DNA of 64,000 bases, from the NCBI GenBank assembly GCA_030265395.1, contig JARFYF010000001.1:116623182-116687181 (forward strand). The letters run 5' to 3'. Below the pieces are notes generated by a model, which saw nothing but the letters and a program-made list of their open reading frames with translations, was not told the DNA's origin and ran no database searches. The first letter of the stretch is position 1; every line of letters begins with the position of its first letter. This stretch comes from Rhina ancylostomus (taxonomy: Eukaryota). Of this stretch, positions 25,186-40,292 are shown in pieces. The position numbers were made by a program, and so were the translations under genes.

Positions 25186-27439
25186 GTTTACTGATGTATA
25201 TATTTATGCCTATGTTCTTTAATTTGCTCATGGATAAATTGTATGTGCCTGTACCAGATTTCCATCCAGAGTGTGTATACTGTCCAAGGCTGCAATCCTT
25301 TCAATGAGATATTAAAAAGAGGCTCTCTGTTCAGATGTATGTAAAGATCTGCTTGGGGATAAAAGTAAAATCCAATCTAAACCTGACCTGCCCAAGAATG
25401 CTTTAAACCCAACCCAAGCCTAAGCACTTTTTCCGTCAGACTTAAAGGACTTCATGCATCCTGAGCATGAATGTTGTTCGACTCACATGGGCACATGTTA
25501 CCACCAGATCATGGTACCAAGCCAAACTTGGAAAGTACTCCCCGAGCCTGGGCAACATTGGCTGTTCACTCTGTGTGCTGCCTGAGCACGGCATTGAGGT
25601 TAACTTGAAACAGTCACCAAGATCCCAGGCAAGGTCATGCCTCCTTTCTCTACTACCAACACAGAGCCAAACTTGACAAAGATGCCCAGAAAATTCAGTC
25701 CAAGCCTTTGAAGTCCTCTGTACACACTGTGGGGAGGATGCCACTGCTCACACATGCACATTTTCCCCCCCACTCCCGTTGATATTGAGCCAACTTAGAG
25801 TAGTCATCTGAAAATAAATGTCATGAGCCCAGACGACATTTGCCATCCAGTCCCTTTTCCAATGCTTCTCCCTGCCCTCGCCATGTGTTTTTCTATCAAT
25901 TTCACTGCCTGTTGGTACTGAGTCAAACTGACGTGGATGAAGATCTGTTTGGGGCCAGCCAACCCAACTCAAACCAAAAGGTTTCAGCAGAACATACACC
26001 CAGCCTGAACCCAATCTGTGACCTCTGCCAACAAGAAGGACAAGTTTCCCTCCAAGCTATAAATCGTCCTGAATTGTATATATTGCAGGTCCTTCATGAA
26101 AGCTGGGCCTAAATCCTGGAACTCCCTGCCTGATGACATCATGAGGGAGTACCTTCATCAGAAGGACTGTCACAGTCTTGGAAGATGGCTCATCACTATC
26201 TTCTCAAGGGCATTTAGAGACAGGAAATAAATGCTGGTCTTGCTAGCAACACCCACATCCTGAAAATGAATGAGTAAAGAAACTATATACAAACACGGAA
26301 AACTCTCAAAAAATTTGAAGTCACATTAAGTAAAATTTAACAACGATTTCTGTAGCTTACAAGGCATGATCATGTACAGGAACCAAATTAACATTACTGA
26401 ATGATTAGTAACCACTGCATCAGCAAAGCATGTTTGGTTTTGGTGAAAGAAATGATTATTAATATGTATAGCAATTATCTTTTGAGGTTAAGTTTTTCCA
26501 ATGATTCTATGAGTTAACAATTTCTACATAGAGACAACACCCCTGGACGCTTCCTCTGGACACCGAGTTCTTTACTTTCAGACTTGTTTCCTAAGTATGT
26601 CCAGCTGCTATAACAAAAGAGGGAATTGAATGTCTAAGAGTGCTTAGTTTTTTCCTTCCTGCTCCTGTTCACCAAAAGAGATTTGAATGAGTTGCCTTGG
26701 TTGACCATTGATTGAGTCAGATTGATTAAATGATTTTTAAGATCCCATGTGCTTCCTCTGCGGAAATTGCCATGAAGTGTTTGCCCTTGCTCCTCACTGT
26801 GTCATGTATTGTTTTACACAATGGTAGAATACTTTATCTACAGTATTTTGAAATTCACCCTCTGTGGTTCCTAATCGCAAATTTCTGATTAACAATTCAG
26901 GAACTTTGGCTACAATATTCCATATTTTTGTGTTTATCATTTAAGCACCTTGTGCTTAACACATAGTAGATGATACTTGAGTTTTATTCCAAAGCATTTA
27001 ACGGAGGATGTTTTACATGGCATGCAAGTTTTTGAATCCACCACACTCCTTTCAGTTCTTCCATGTGCTCAAACCACATGATGATCTCACAGAAAATGAA
27101 TTTTACAATGTTGTTAGAAATGAAATACTACTTTGAGGGCTAATCTGTGTATCTTTCTGGGGAAAAAAATATCATTTTTTCAGTGAAAGGTGTCTGAGGA
27201 AGGGTTGCTTACCCAAAATGTTGACTCTTTCCACAGATAGTACTTGCCTGGCTGAGTTCTTCCAGTGTTTCTGTTTTTGTTTCAGGGGAGCTTTAAGTTC
27301 CGCAAGCAACTTCTAATGTTTGATATTTTTGACTAGTGTACAATTGGTTACGTTTTTGCATAAAGAATGCGTGCCGCATACTTTTTACTACCCTTCAGCT
27401 TACCTGAAGTATGTCAGTATCCTTCAATTTGCTTTTGTT

Positions 27440-27870
27440 GCAATGAACAGAAAATTTAAAAAAACAAGCGTTTTATAGCATCTTTCACAACCTCTTGGTA
27501 TCTGAAACAATGCATTTTTTGAAATGTAGTCATTGTTGTATCATACCCAGACATGGCAGCCAACTTATGCACAACAATGTCTCACAGGATGTAATGAGTT
27601 GAATGTTGAGGGGAAACTACTCAGAAGTCTTGTGCTCTTTTTTTAAATAGTGCTATGGAAACTTTTGCATCTAGCTGAAGAGATAAACAGTCCATGCTTC
27701 TCTTTTTGNNNNNNNNNNAATGCATCTATTGGATATTTTACACCTATTTGAGCTGACAGATGGAGACTTATTTTCGAGGTCATCTGAATAATAGGATCTT
27801 TAACAGCATTCCCTCAGTAATGATGTTGGATCATATAGTCAAGTCTCTGGAGTGATTCATGACCCCATAA
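27440..27870 (-). mobile_element. Deu-domain SINE, old copy
   Basis: Reverse of Deu 3' part: ttgaaatgtagtcattgttgta...catggcagccaacttatgcacaac. Confidence 0.6.
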
Positions 27871-29271
27871 CCAAATGCGTGTACTTAAGTTACTGACGTG
27901 GAACCAGGTTTGATGGCTGTATATGAACTATAGAATACAAATGTACTTGAGCATCTACTCTGCACCCACCCACCATCTGAACACCACCGAAACCCTTTGC
28001 CAAGCACCCCAAGTCAATCCTCTTGTTTTGCCATGCATTTACCTCGTGTAACTTATCAAGCTGAATCATTTTGATATTTATAAAGTACTGACATTACAGT
28101 TAGATGATAACTTCTGACCTTGTTAGGTTATGTGATATTTGAGAGGTTTTATATATTTCTCAGAATTCTTTAGAGCAATGCTGTAATCCTGGTATAATGT
28201 ATTGTTGTGAGCTATAATCCAAAGCAGCCTCTTCCCTGCGATGTATTCTCACAAATAACCTAGTGTGCTGCAAAATGTTGATCATTGGCCCTTGCCGTGA
28301 TCACCAGATGGTAACTACCTAATCTTAACTGGATTCTAGTAGTTTAATTTTCCCTTGGTATATCTAATGTTGTCTGTTTGATTTTTTTTCTCATTGTACA
28401 TTATCTCCCTCTTTTCTCCACCGTTTCCCCTCACTCCACCCCAATCTCTTGTCTCAGGGATAGTTTGAGTGATAAGCTAATAGTGAGTGTTGGAATGGGC
28501 ACTGGAGGCTGATCTCGTCAACTGTAAGCACATTCCATGAGTGAATGATAGAGAAAAATCTTTCCACCACTTGCCATTGTAGTGCAGCAAAAGACTTGTC
28601 TGAGAGTGAGGAGTGCAGAAATTATTAATGACGCAAATTTTGTGAGGATCAGGATTGTGGCAACTGATATCTAATGTGCAATATTTGACTGATCAAGTGT
28701 GCATTTATAGTGGTTGCTGTAGCAACTCAGGAAAATGGGTATCATTGGCCATTGATGCGGGGTGGTGAGTTGGACTTTTACAGAGTATTGGGTGGAAGCT
28801 ATAAAGGGATAAAAAGATTGTGAGCTATAGCTGTGAAAATAGGGGAGGCATAGTGGACGTGACTGTTGGATTACTAACAATTTTTGTGAAGTGTTCAGTT
28901 AAATGACCCTGAAATTGCTTAACATGAATTTTCATAGTTCATGTGAAGACATGAGTTTTCATAGTTGCATATTAGGAACAGAAGAAATTACTGGTCAGTG
29001 GCAGTGTTCTCTGCTGCATAATTTTGGTACAATGTACAGTTTGTTCCAGCTACTTGAAGTGGTTAGAAATTTTATTCAAGAAGGAAGTTAATTATAAATA
29101 TTTACTACATTCCTGTGAATTGGGAAAGACTTGACTTGAGCCCAGATGAAAACTAACAAATTTCTAGGCTTCAGTCCAATTTTTAATGGATTTGGAAGGT
29201 GATAGAAATGTTATTTGATAAAATTTTTATCTAGCAATATAATGGGCGTTCAGCACTAGCAATTTAAGGCA

Positions 29272-29344
29272 TATTGGAACAGATCATGAATACTAAGTCA
29301 TCCTTTATTATTGGAAACAGATCATGAATACTAAGTCATCCTTT
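29272..29344. repeat. ~37-nt tandem duplication
   Basis: tattggaa(a)cagatcatgaatactaagtcatccttt x2. Confidence 0.9.
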
Positions 29345-31289
29345 CCAGAATTCTGCCTGTTGCTTCCCAGTGCTTTTTACTTACCTGGACTTGATGCAGA
29401 CTATCCAGGACTCCAATAATTTGTTCTAATCAGTGGTAAGGCTTCCTGTGGCACAATGAGGAAGCACCACCCTGAAAGCACTATCAGCTAGCCCCTTGCT
29501 TTGTCAGCAGTAAAAAGAGTGAATTTTAATATTTTTTCGATATATTTTATATCTATAAACATTTAAAAAAAATAAACTATCACAATTGAAGTAAATAATT
29601 AAAACAACTAAAATTATGATGCATTTTGTTATAAAGTTAACCAAAAAATTTTACAAATATTTTTCTTTGGTTTACTGCTTTTAATTTAAAAAAATATGTG
29701 AATACTAATTTTCCTCCTAATCTAAAGCTCTACAATCCCTTTTGAAAGCAATGGGGTTTTGGGATCGTGCACCTATTCCAAGAGCAAACTGACACATTTA
29801 GTCTTCTGAATCTGTCAGTAAGTCTGGGACTTGTGGCTCTCTAAGCTTGAATGAAGACAGTTTTGATATGAACTGCTGTTTAAACAGCTAAGCACCAGTG
29901 AATCCAATCAGGACCATCTACATTAGCCAGTAAATTCCAGCCTAATGGAAACTGCAGGTGACCGTATTAGAACAGCTTTTAGAACAAATAAAGCATGAGA
30001 TGGAATATTGCAAGCCACTTAGCAATTTTAGTAGATTATCAGTAGATAATCTGTGGTATTGCTTATAGTAAGTCAATGATGATAATTTTATAATACATTT
30101 TTTGGAGTACTTATTAGGCATGATATCAGGACAACTGATTTATGGAGACTGAATAAGTTGATACTTTCAATTGGTGTGATTTAAATTTTTACAATTCTGT
30201 CTGTCCATTCTGTGATAATCATAAATGAGCCTGTGCTTAGTCTTTTATACAGCACAATTTATAGCTGAAAATATAAAGCAAGTTGATTTGTAATTATTTA
30301 ATGTTAAGCAATAGGAGGGTGGGATTTTGTTCCATGTGGAGGAAGTCCTAGGTCTGACTTCCATAGTGAACTGATAGTGAAATTTGGCAGTATGGGAATA
30401 GGGTTCCTGAAACTACACAATAATAAATCTGTTGGAGTTTGGCAACATGAGAAGTTCTGTAGCCTGGAATTCCTGTGGGTTGGGAGCCTGGGGTTCATCA
30501 CAACTGATAAAAAGTAAGCCTGGTATGTGAACTTTGAATTTTTGTTTTTCCAAATAATTTTGAAAAGCAGCAAAGCTGGAGCTGCTAGAAGCTGAATATT
30601 CCACCTGATTGTTGACAAAATGTCAATGCAACATCCTGAACAAAAGGATGCATTACATAGACTTTTGTAAGTGCTGCACAATCTAAAGGCAATGAACTAA
30701 GCACAAACTCTGGGCAAATGTATAATCTCCAAGCCTTGGCTGAGGTTCTCAAGTTGGGCATGAGATAATGAGTAGTAATTTAATGGGAAAATGTATAATT
30801 TTTATTATGAAAAGGCAGAAAACATTTTTTTCCCTCAATGGCTGAAGCATCGATAAGCAGAGAGTTAAATATGAGATGTTCAGCAAATGAACCAGTGACA
30901 GTACAAGGAATAGCTTTGATGCAAGTGAATGTTTAGGATTTGGCATACAGTATGAAAACAGATTAATTAGTAGCTTTCAAAAAAAAGTTGGATGGATACT
31001 TGAAGCAGGGAAGCATAACCTGGATATGGAGAAAGAACCAGGGAATGGGCTAACTGCATTACTCTTTGAAACATCCAAGAAGGACAAGCATATAGCTTGT
31101 ACTGTTTTATAAAATTAATTGTAAATGTTTCATTGTTTTGGAAGAATGTGTGCAAGTTGTCCAACAATTTTTCAGAGTAAAATAATGCAAAAGTAAAGAT
31201 GAATTCTAAATTTTATTAGGATTGAATGAACTGCTGATTTGTAAACAATTTTTAAATGATGCCCTGTTTAACAAACATCTGCATTATAG

Positions 31290-31385
<96 letters not shown>

Positions 31386-32209
31386 TAATATATGCTTTGC
31401 TACATTTTACATTTGCAGATGAATCTTTTTGCAGATTGTTTCAAAAACTTGTGTTTTTTTTGCCAACATATATGATGCTACAATTCTTTTCTGTTATCAT
31501 ACTATGATTTNNNNNNNNNNGTTCTGAAATGTCAGAAAGAAAACCTGATACTTTCAACTTCAGTGACATGCCAGATGTCATTTATTATTCAGGCAAACAC
31601 AACTTTAAAGCATTTTATGGATGAGAGAAAATGTTAAGATTTTGATGATATGATTTCATCTACGTTTTCTAAACTGAAGTGTGCAATGTTTCCCTTCAGG
31701 CGTCTGCCAATCAGAAATAGCTTTGTCACTTACTCATAGTAACTACTACTTAGTAAAATGATGTTATATTTTGAGCCACATGATGTGTACTCAAAGTTCT
31801 TTACATGGAATCTAATTGAAAGTCCAATGGTTTTAAATGGAAGAGTATTGTGCAGTGATATCCTTGATTTCATCTCATGATAAATTGATATATTTTGCCT
31901 AACCATTTCCAGCCTACTTGACTCTCATATCGTGAAAGTAAAGTATCCTAAAATTAATATTTGATAGGCTACTCTCCTGATCTTGATTCTTTGCCTGATC
32001 TGGAAAGAGTATGGCATAATGTTACACATATATGTGCTCCAATCTATCCCAGTCATTGTTTTGTTGAAATGGCCAGGGAGTGTGTCTCTCTCTTCTGTTT
32101 GAGTGTACTAACCTATCTATGTCAAGGTGACGTGTGTCACTTGTTATTGAAGAAAGGTAGGAGAGAAAAACAGAATTACAGACTAATTACCCTAAATGTT
32201 GGAAATAGA

Positions 32210-32700
32210 GGCAAGTGGGTGATAGGTGGAAGCAGAAAAAGAAAAAAAAAGCAGGTGCAGCCAGGTGAGGAGAGGGGAGGGTGATAAGTGGGGGCACAAA
32301 GGCTACCAGTGCTGGAATCTGAAGATGATAACGGGAACCATTAAGGGAGAGATGAAGGGCAGATAGAAGGGGTAGGAGATCTGGTGGGATAAGTGTATGA
32401 GTAGTAGGTGGAACTGGGAAGGGATCAAAAATGGGTGATTGGGGTGGGGGGGGGAGTGGTATGGGAAAGGGAACAAAAATGGACAGACCAGAGGTAGATC
32501 GCGAGGGGAGAGAGGGGAGAAACGCTGGTGGTAAGGGTACCTGAAATAGGCAAATTTCATCTCATTTGGTTGTAACTACCCAGGAAGAATATGAGGTGTT
32601 GTTTTTCTAGTTTGCTTTGGATCTCACCCTGGTAGTGGAGAAGGCGGCGGATAGACAGGTTGGAATGGGAAGGGGAGTTGAAATGGCATGTAACCAGAAA
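32210..32700 (-). mobile_element. Penelope-like element 3' remnant
   Basis: Minus translation KLEKQHLIFFLGS followed by a pyrimidine-rich 3' UTR. Confidence 0.65.
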
Positions 32701-32834
32701 TGTGTGTCCATTTCATTTATCAGCCTTTTAAACCTCCAAATTGGTTCCAAAACATTAAATCCTTCCTCAGATGAGGAGACCCAGTACTGATGCAGTACTC
32801 TGGGTGTGGTCTCACAAATGCCCTGTTTAACTTC

Positions 32835-34020
32835 GCAGGGTAGATAAAGGGGGAGCCCTAGATGAGGTGTACTTGGGTTTAAGAAGATAAATTAGCATAC
32901 TTAGAGGCAGAATAAACAGAGCAAGAATAAGCAGACCAATTTCATTTTGGCAAACTTTAACTGGGAGGTGATTAGTGCTGGGTCCTCAACAATTTACAGT
33001 CTGTATTAATGGCTTGAATAAGGAGACTGAATGTGATTATCTTTGCTTAACATGGAAAGGTGGAAAATTGATACAACATTTGCAAAAGATTATAGATAGG
33101 TTAAGTGAGTGGGCAAAATGATAGCAGATGGAATATAGTATAAAAACATAAGAAGCAAGAAGAGGGATAGGCCAGATGCCCCCTTCTGGCCTGTCCATCA
33201 TTAAAGAAAATTGTGGCTGATCTAATCTTAGCCATGGCATCACTTTTCCAATTTCTCCCTGGAACCCCAAATAGCTTAAGTGCCTGCCAGTAGGGAAATA
33301 TGAGATTACTGATTCTGATCAGAAGAATGGAGTACCAGAATATTGTTTAAATACTGAGAGAATATAAAATGACCTTCACAGAGTGAGTTATTAAGAAATA
33401 CAGAGTAAACAAGGTGGTCAGGAGTTTACTTACATTGGAATGTTGCAAAGGGGATGGAGTACAAGAGAAAGGAAGTCTTGCCTACAATTGTAGAGGTGTT
33501 TGGTGACATCATACTGGTACTGCATGTAGCTTTGCTCCTTTTTTAAAGAAGGATATGCTTACGGTGGAGGCAGCACCATGAAAGTTCACTGGTTTGTTTC
33601 CTGGAGTGAGAGAGAGGTCCTAAGAAGAAAGACTTAGCTGAATAAACCTATACTCTTTGGAGTTTAGAAGAATGTGAAATGATATCTCGGGAACACATGA
33701 AATTCTGAAAGGGCTTGACAGCGAAGTTGTTGGAAGGATACACCTTCAGAGATGGGGTAATCTTGAATGGTGGCACAGTTTCAGGATAAGGAGGCAATCA
33801 CTGTTGTGAATCTTTGGAATTCCTCACCTTGGAGGGCAGTGGATATTGGGCAGATATTTTAAGGGTTTGTTGGCTAAATGTTAGGAGTATAGAGGAATCT
33901 GGGTCATAGAGTAGGGCAGGGAAGTGAAGTTGAAGTCTAAAATGAGTTTAGCAATATTGTAAATGGCAGAGTGGGCTCAAGGGGTAGAATAGCCTATTCC
34001 TTTTTCTTATGTTCTTGGTT
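32835..34020 (+). mobile_element. CR1 fragment (old, with nested short repeat)
   Basis: VLGPQQFTVCIN, LSEWAK, YSLEFRR motifs and CR1 tail. Confidence 0.7.
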
Positions 34021-34472
34021 TTCTACACTGAAAGCAACAATTTCCCTCTGATAACAAATGCAATGGAACCACATTTAGCTTAACTACACAATTTTATTAT
34101 AACAATTGTTTGCCAATTCTGGTTGTTAATAAGTAAACCAATAAGTAAGTATATGGGTAACCAATATATTCAGTAGTAAGTACAATGAAAAAGATCGAAA
34201 GTCTGGCAGAATGTATGTAATCTTGAAATTGATCTAAAAAAGGGACAATAAAATATATTTACCTTGAGTTGTATTGTTGTCTGTGAAGCATTGATTATAA
34301 ACTGAGTTTTTCTCTGTTTACTTAACCTCTTGTGTGGCAAATGGGTTTCCTGGTTATGCCAGTGATCCAGTCTTAATGTCAGAGTATAAACCCAACCATA
34401 AGTAAATGTGTGAAATAATGCAGCCTCACTGATAAACGCAGTAAAGTCCATAAAGCTCTTTCTTATATACAG

Positions 34473-34568
34473 ACAGCTTGCTTTCGTGAAGAAAGGAATG
34501 TTCTGGTGAATGGTGACTGCCAGTGGATCACTACATTACACTATGCCTTTCAAGATGATAACTACTTG
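34473..34568 (+). CDS. CDC42BPB: MRCK beta exon (probable exon 4): [32 protein letters not shown]
   Basis: tacag|ACA ... TTG|gtaagt; 96 nt. Confidence 0.95.
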
Positions 34569-34723
34569 GTAAGTCTGTTTTTTCTTAATTTTTTTAAAAT
34601 GATAAGCAAAATGATAATATTGGTATTCCAGAGAAAATTATATCTCACATTCTGTGTTGTTGGATTTTTCTTATTGTCAAACTAAATTCAGTGAGTTTTT
34701 TTATTATCAAACTATATTTGTAG

Positions 34724-34978
<255 letters not shown>

Positions 34979-36261
34979 TGAGGGATAATTTGCCTGTTTC
35001 TCCTTCTATGTTTTTTTTAAAACCCCATCCTGAGGTCATCTTAGGGTTGCACGTATTTCACTTGTACTTCATAAATGCAGTTAATATTTACCCTGTGAGC
35101 TTTGACAGGGAGTGTTGAGAAGCAATTTAATTGAAGGACTTATCAATGATTGGATCTTACTTTAACCTGAAGTCCACATGTGCACATTTCCAGTAAAGGT
35201 AATTGGGTCATTCTTCCCTTTTCCATTGGTTTGGAGATGATTTGATAATGGAATTAAATGAAAGGTATTTCTAACTGTGCCAGCTACTTGTTGATACAAA
35301 TTGAGCCTTTGGTGAGACCAATAATATATTTTTCATGCACTCTGTATGGACTCGGTCCCTGATTTCATTGGTATTTAGTTGTTGAGAACCTTCAAAAGGG
35401 GCCAAAATTCACAAACTTTAGGCCAAAATCTAGAATTACTAATCAAGGACACATTGGGTGTAGAGTACTCTTTGTAGAGAAGGCACTGTTCAGCCACATT
35501 GAAGAATTCTACATGCAGTTAGAATTAAAATGTTAAATTTTCCCATGTCCTGTGAGCATTACCTTTAGTATTACAGTTGACCTGCACTGCTTGATCTGTG
35601 ATTTTACTTTCCTATATCAAAAGGGAAATTGAGTTCATGTTGATTTTTTTTTGTGCATACCTCAAAAGTAGATTTCAGCCTGTATTTTGAGCAATAATTT
35701 TTATGTTGTATGGAAATGTGTAATGGATATCTTACACTAGAGCGCAATAATTTAAGTAGTTCAATATAAGGACAATGAGGAAACTTGATGCTTCTGTGGT
35801 CAAGGCACAGGTTTGAGGATTATGATTGCCAATAGGTTCCAGGAAATTTCTTGTCCTGTATTACACACTGTTGGTTAACAAATAATTTTATAATGACAAA
35901 CCAGCCAAATGTTAAACCAAAGAATATAATGAAATTGAAAAAATACAAATAATATAACACTGACCACTCTAAGATACTCTCACTCCAGATCTCTGTACTC
36001 AAATTTTAAAGTGGGTGTTATAAACCTTTAGGATTAGACTTTGCAAATGCATAAGATCACTTCAGTGGTTTTAGTTGCAGTGGTGCTGTAATCCCTTAAG
36101 TGATGGTACCTCAGAAGTATGTGTTTTGAAGTTAGTGTTGAACAGATTCTAAAAAGCTGAATGTCATTTTAGCTAAACTGAAAGGAATACATTTTAATGA
36201 GAGTGCCTGGAAGTGAATAACTTATGCCATTTTAAAGTTGTGGCAGCTCCAAGATGGACAA

Positions 36262-36540
36262 TACAAACGACCCCTGTGCTACGACCGTTTGGCAAAGGGA
36301 AATTCATCCCAACAGAATTTACAAATCACTGCCTAAAAATTTGAGATACTGGATCAAATTTGCTCTTACAGAATATATGTTGTGGCGGGGGGGGGGGTGG
36401 GTAAAAGGTAAATAAATAACACAATATTTTTATGCAACTTGTGTTTCATGACACGTGTAGATGACGAGGCTTCATGTTATGGAAAATTGTGATATAGACT
36501 TTTTTCTAGGAACGTAACCAGTAATGCCTGGTCACCTATA
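36262..36540. mobile_element. Non-autonomous pogo/Tigger-like DNA element (MITE), copy 1
   Basis: TA-flanked degenerate terminal inverted repeats; internal homology to 40293-40511. Confidence 0.5.
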
Positions 36541-38639
36541 GTTTGTTTTTTTTTGAAAAATTGGTTATTCGGCAGTGCCTTGTATGAGAGCTAGAGAATT
36601 CTGATCAAACTAATGTAAATTGTTACTTTTGTAGACCTTTTCAGTCTAAGTGAAGATTGAAATATTAGTTACAAATGTTAAAAGAAACAAGCTATTGTTC
36701 ATTTGTTATGCCATTATTAATTTAAGTTTTAGGAATCCATTATTTTTGTTTACTTGCATTGTTCAAAAGTTTTACATAAATTCCACAACAGAAATTGTAC
36801 AATTTTAATCCATCATTTTTAAGTTCTGACAAAGGTGTCTTGGGTTTCTGAGTGTGAATCATTTTTGTGTCCTTTTGGTAATATCTCTTAAAGAGCTATG
36901 GGGAAATAAAAAAAGAACCAATTTGAAGCTTTCTGCAGAATATGATTGACTTTAATGTGGGGTTAAGTACTAGACCTTATCTACTGTGATTTACCTCAAG
37001 CAGAGAGTGAATGAATGCACAGCTTTTGGTTCAGAAATTATTTGGTTAATTCATGACAGTAGTCCAACTTGGCATTGTAAAAAGGTGTGGAAAATGATCC
37101 TGAATCACGTAATGTACTTAATCATATAGCAGGTAAATACAGTATTTGGTGAGGCACTGAGATGCATTCATCATAAAGATTCTAAACTTAATTTCTACTA
37201 AATTAACTAAACTTAAAATTTTCATAGCACTGTTAGAGGCCTGTTACAGATCAGTATCTAATTTTGATTGGGAAGAGGATACAAAAACTGGCCAGAGTTT
37301 GTACTGCTATTTAATGCTGTTGTGGTTTGAATCTTGCCACTGATAAATAGGCAAGTTGGCAAGCAACTGATGGCATTTGAAGAGCACAATCTAAGGAAAT
37401 ATACTGCAGCATGTGTAGTAGAGAAAGGAGGCAAAGTTGATTAATGTAGGATAACTAAAACCTCTTTTAACCACCAAAAGATAGTCACATGGAAGATTAT
37501 ATAATAATGGATTAGATTTTTGGCAGTAACATACCTTTTGCCTTAACTTATTGGTCAGTATCATCAAGATTGTGATCAAGTAAAACAGGGCTTCACTTGA
37601 GATTTTAATGCATAGATGGAGTTTCAGTGTATCTGAGCATATTGAAAGAAGGATTTGCCAATATTACAGCTGGGTAACCTATAGCAAAACTATCTAGTTC
37701 TGATACAAAGGTGGAAGAGAGTTACCTGGAGATGTAGAATTTGATATTGAGTCCATCTGGCTGTCCAGTAATGCTGTAGGTCATCCATTTGTAATATTGG
37801 CTTGATTTTTCTCTCTCCATTCAGAAGGCCTGACCTGCTGGGCACTTCCTACAGCTCTATATTTCGCTGCTTTTGCATTTCTTTGTTCATACTCCCTCTC
37901 TTTAACTGTCTGCATTTCTTAGCTTTTATGTTCCTTTGGTCATAGTTTCTCTATCTGCTCTTATTAACGTATAATTAACCTGAATGACTTAATACCCATG
38001 GCAACTCTGGCCTTACCCTCTGAAGCTTCAAACTATCATGTTTTTTTCTTTCCCAGTTCTGAAGAAACATTGACTTTTTTTCTCTTTCCACATGTACTAA
38101 GTGATCTGCCAAGTGTTTCCACCATATTTTGTTTTATTTAATAGTCACCTCGTTCGGAGAACATGATTCAATGCAAACTTGCATTATTGTTGAAAAAGGG
38201 AGAAGTTATCTGTGGAATTTCTGTTTCTTATGTGAAGTTTAATTTTCTGCATTTTCAAATGAGCATGAACTTGTTTTTCGACTCTGAGTAATGATATAAT
38301 TAAAATATTTCAACTGTATGAATTTGTTGAGATGTATTGCTGTTTTTATTTTGGAAACAGCTAACTGTGGAGAAATTGCTTCAAGTTGACTTTATTTGTC
38401 TTGTTAATGGTGATTGTGATTTACTTTGTTCCTGCCATCAGTTGTAACGGTTAAAATGTACAACAATGAGTTTCCTCAAATATTCAGCCTCCATTGTTTG
38501 CAAATGCACAACTATGTTCACTTAATGTAATCAACATATTCTGTTGTAGTTTACAGCCATGATAATGAACAAATGCCATTTGTAGCTCAACCTTGATAAA
38601 ATCAAAGAGACCCATTGTTTTAGTATCAGCTATGGTGAT

Positions 38640-39415
38640 AGAAGTCATAGTTAGTCATACAGCACAGAAACAGGCCCTTGGGCCCAACTGGTCCATGCTG
38701 ATCAAGATGCCCATCCAAGTTAGCCCCCTTTGCTAGCATTTGGCCCATAACCTTCCAAAATTCTGTTCCTACCAAAGTATATATCATCATAATTCAGTGT
38801 GTTAAATTTCATCAGGCATGTGAGTGCTTATTCTACCAAATAGTTTCCTTCCCCTTAAAGTCTATAACTATTCTTCTTAGTGTTTACTACTCTTTCAAGT
38901 TTTGTGTTATCTGCAAACTTTGAGGTTGTGGCCTGTGTACGAGTTCATTAATTTATATGAAGCAAAGCAGTGTTCCTGTGATAAATCCTGAGGGAACTCT
39001 ACTGCACATCTTCCTCTGATTTGGAAGACGACCAATCACCATGACCTTTGTTTTTTGTCCCTAAACAAATTTCTTATTCACATTACCTCTCCCCCTTTTA
39101 TATTGAGTCACAGAGAGATATCTAATGGAAACAGAGCCTTTGACCCACTGAATCCACAAAGACCAACAAGCCCCATTTTTACACTAATTCTCCCCATGTT
39201 CCATCAATTCCCCCCAGATTCTACCACTTACCTGCACAAAAGGAGCAATTGACAGTGATCTATTAATCTATCAATTCGTACATTTTTAGGATGTGGGGTG
39301 AAGTTAGAGCATCCTGAGGAAATTCATGTGGTCCCAAGGAGGACGTGTAGACTCCACACAAACAGCACTTGAGGTCACGATAGAACTCATCTCTACTTGC
39401 TGTGCCGCCATGTGG
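38640..39415 (-). mobile_element. CR1 tail/fragment followed by a V-SINE (~39110-39415)
   Basis: tacagcacagaaacaggccct tail; reverse V-domain gtagactccacaca. Confidence 0.7.
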
Positions 39416-40292
39416 CCCATGTTACGAGCATACAAATATACAAATTAGGAGCAGCAGAAGTACACTTGGGCCCTTGAGTCTGCCATTTAATAAGATTGTG
39501 GCCCAATTGTGTTCCCATATATTTCATTTTTTTCAACATAGACAGGCTATTCAGCCCATTGTCTGCGCCAGCTTCGAGAGAGCAATCGCATCAAATCCAT
39601 TCCTCTATTTTCCTGTAATCTATTGTTTCACACATCCCTTCAGCAGTCCCTGATTATCCTGCCACCCAGTTAATGTACCAACAGTAACCTTTCACACTTA
39701 GGCTAATTGGGAATCTTTCTATCTTTGAATAAGATGTTTTAATATTTCATGTAAAAGTCAGAAATAATGCAAAATTTTATTCACAAATCAAAAGTGGTAT
39801 TAGAAAGACTGTCTTTCTAATTGACAGCCTGAGCATTTATTAGTAGTAAAACACTTTTAAGGCCCAAGAACCTATTTGACCTGTGTTTTGCTATTTGAAT
39901 ATGCAGAACTAATATAAAAGTTTTGCCTGTGAAACAGCTACCACTGCACATCAAATTAATTCATTACATATGAAGGGTAATGAGCTGCTTAGAAGAATTA
40001 ATAATGCAAAACAAAAGTTTAATTTAAGCCATCTTCCAGTCAAAATTATTTTTAGCTGGGCAAGGGATACATTTTTGCAAAGCCATTCAGTTCTAATTTT
40101 GGTCTGGATTGCATCTAAGGTACACTACTTTCCATTATTAACAGGTTAAACTAGAAAAAGAAATACTCAAACAGAAGACAAGGGATGTCACTTCCTTTAA
40201 TTCACCTTTCTTTGACAGCGAAGGTACTATTCCCTCTGCTATCTCTTCAAAGCAGTATGGGAATGAAATATGGAATAATAGGCTTGAATGAT

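Noticed and set aside
35000-35220. Possible ancient SINE fragment (related-looking piece at ~53420-53500)
   Set aside because: Similarity is recalled only vaguely and is too decayed to name a family
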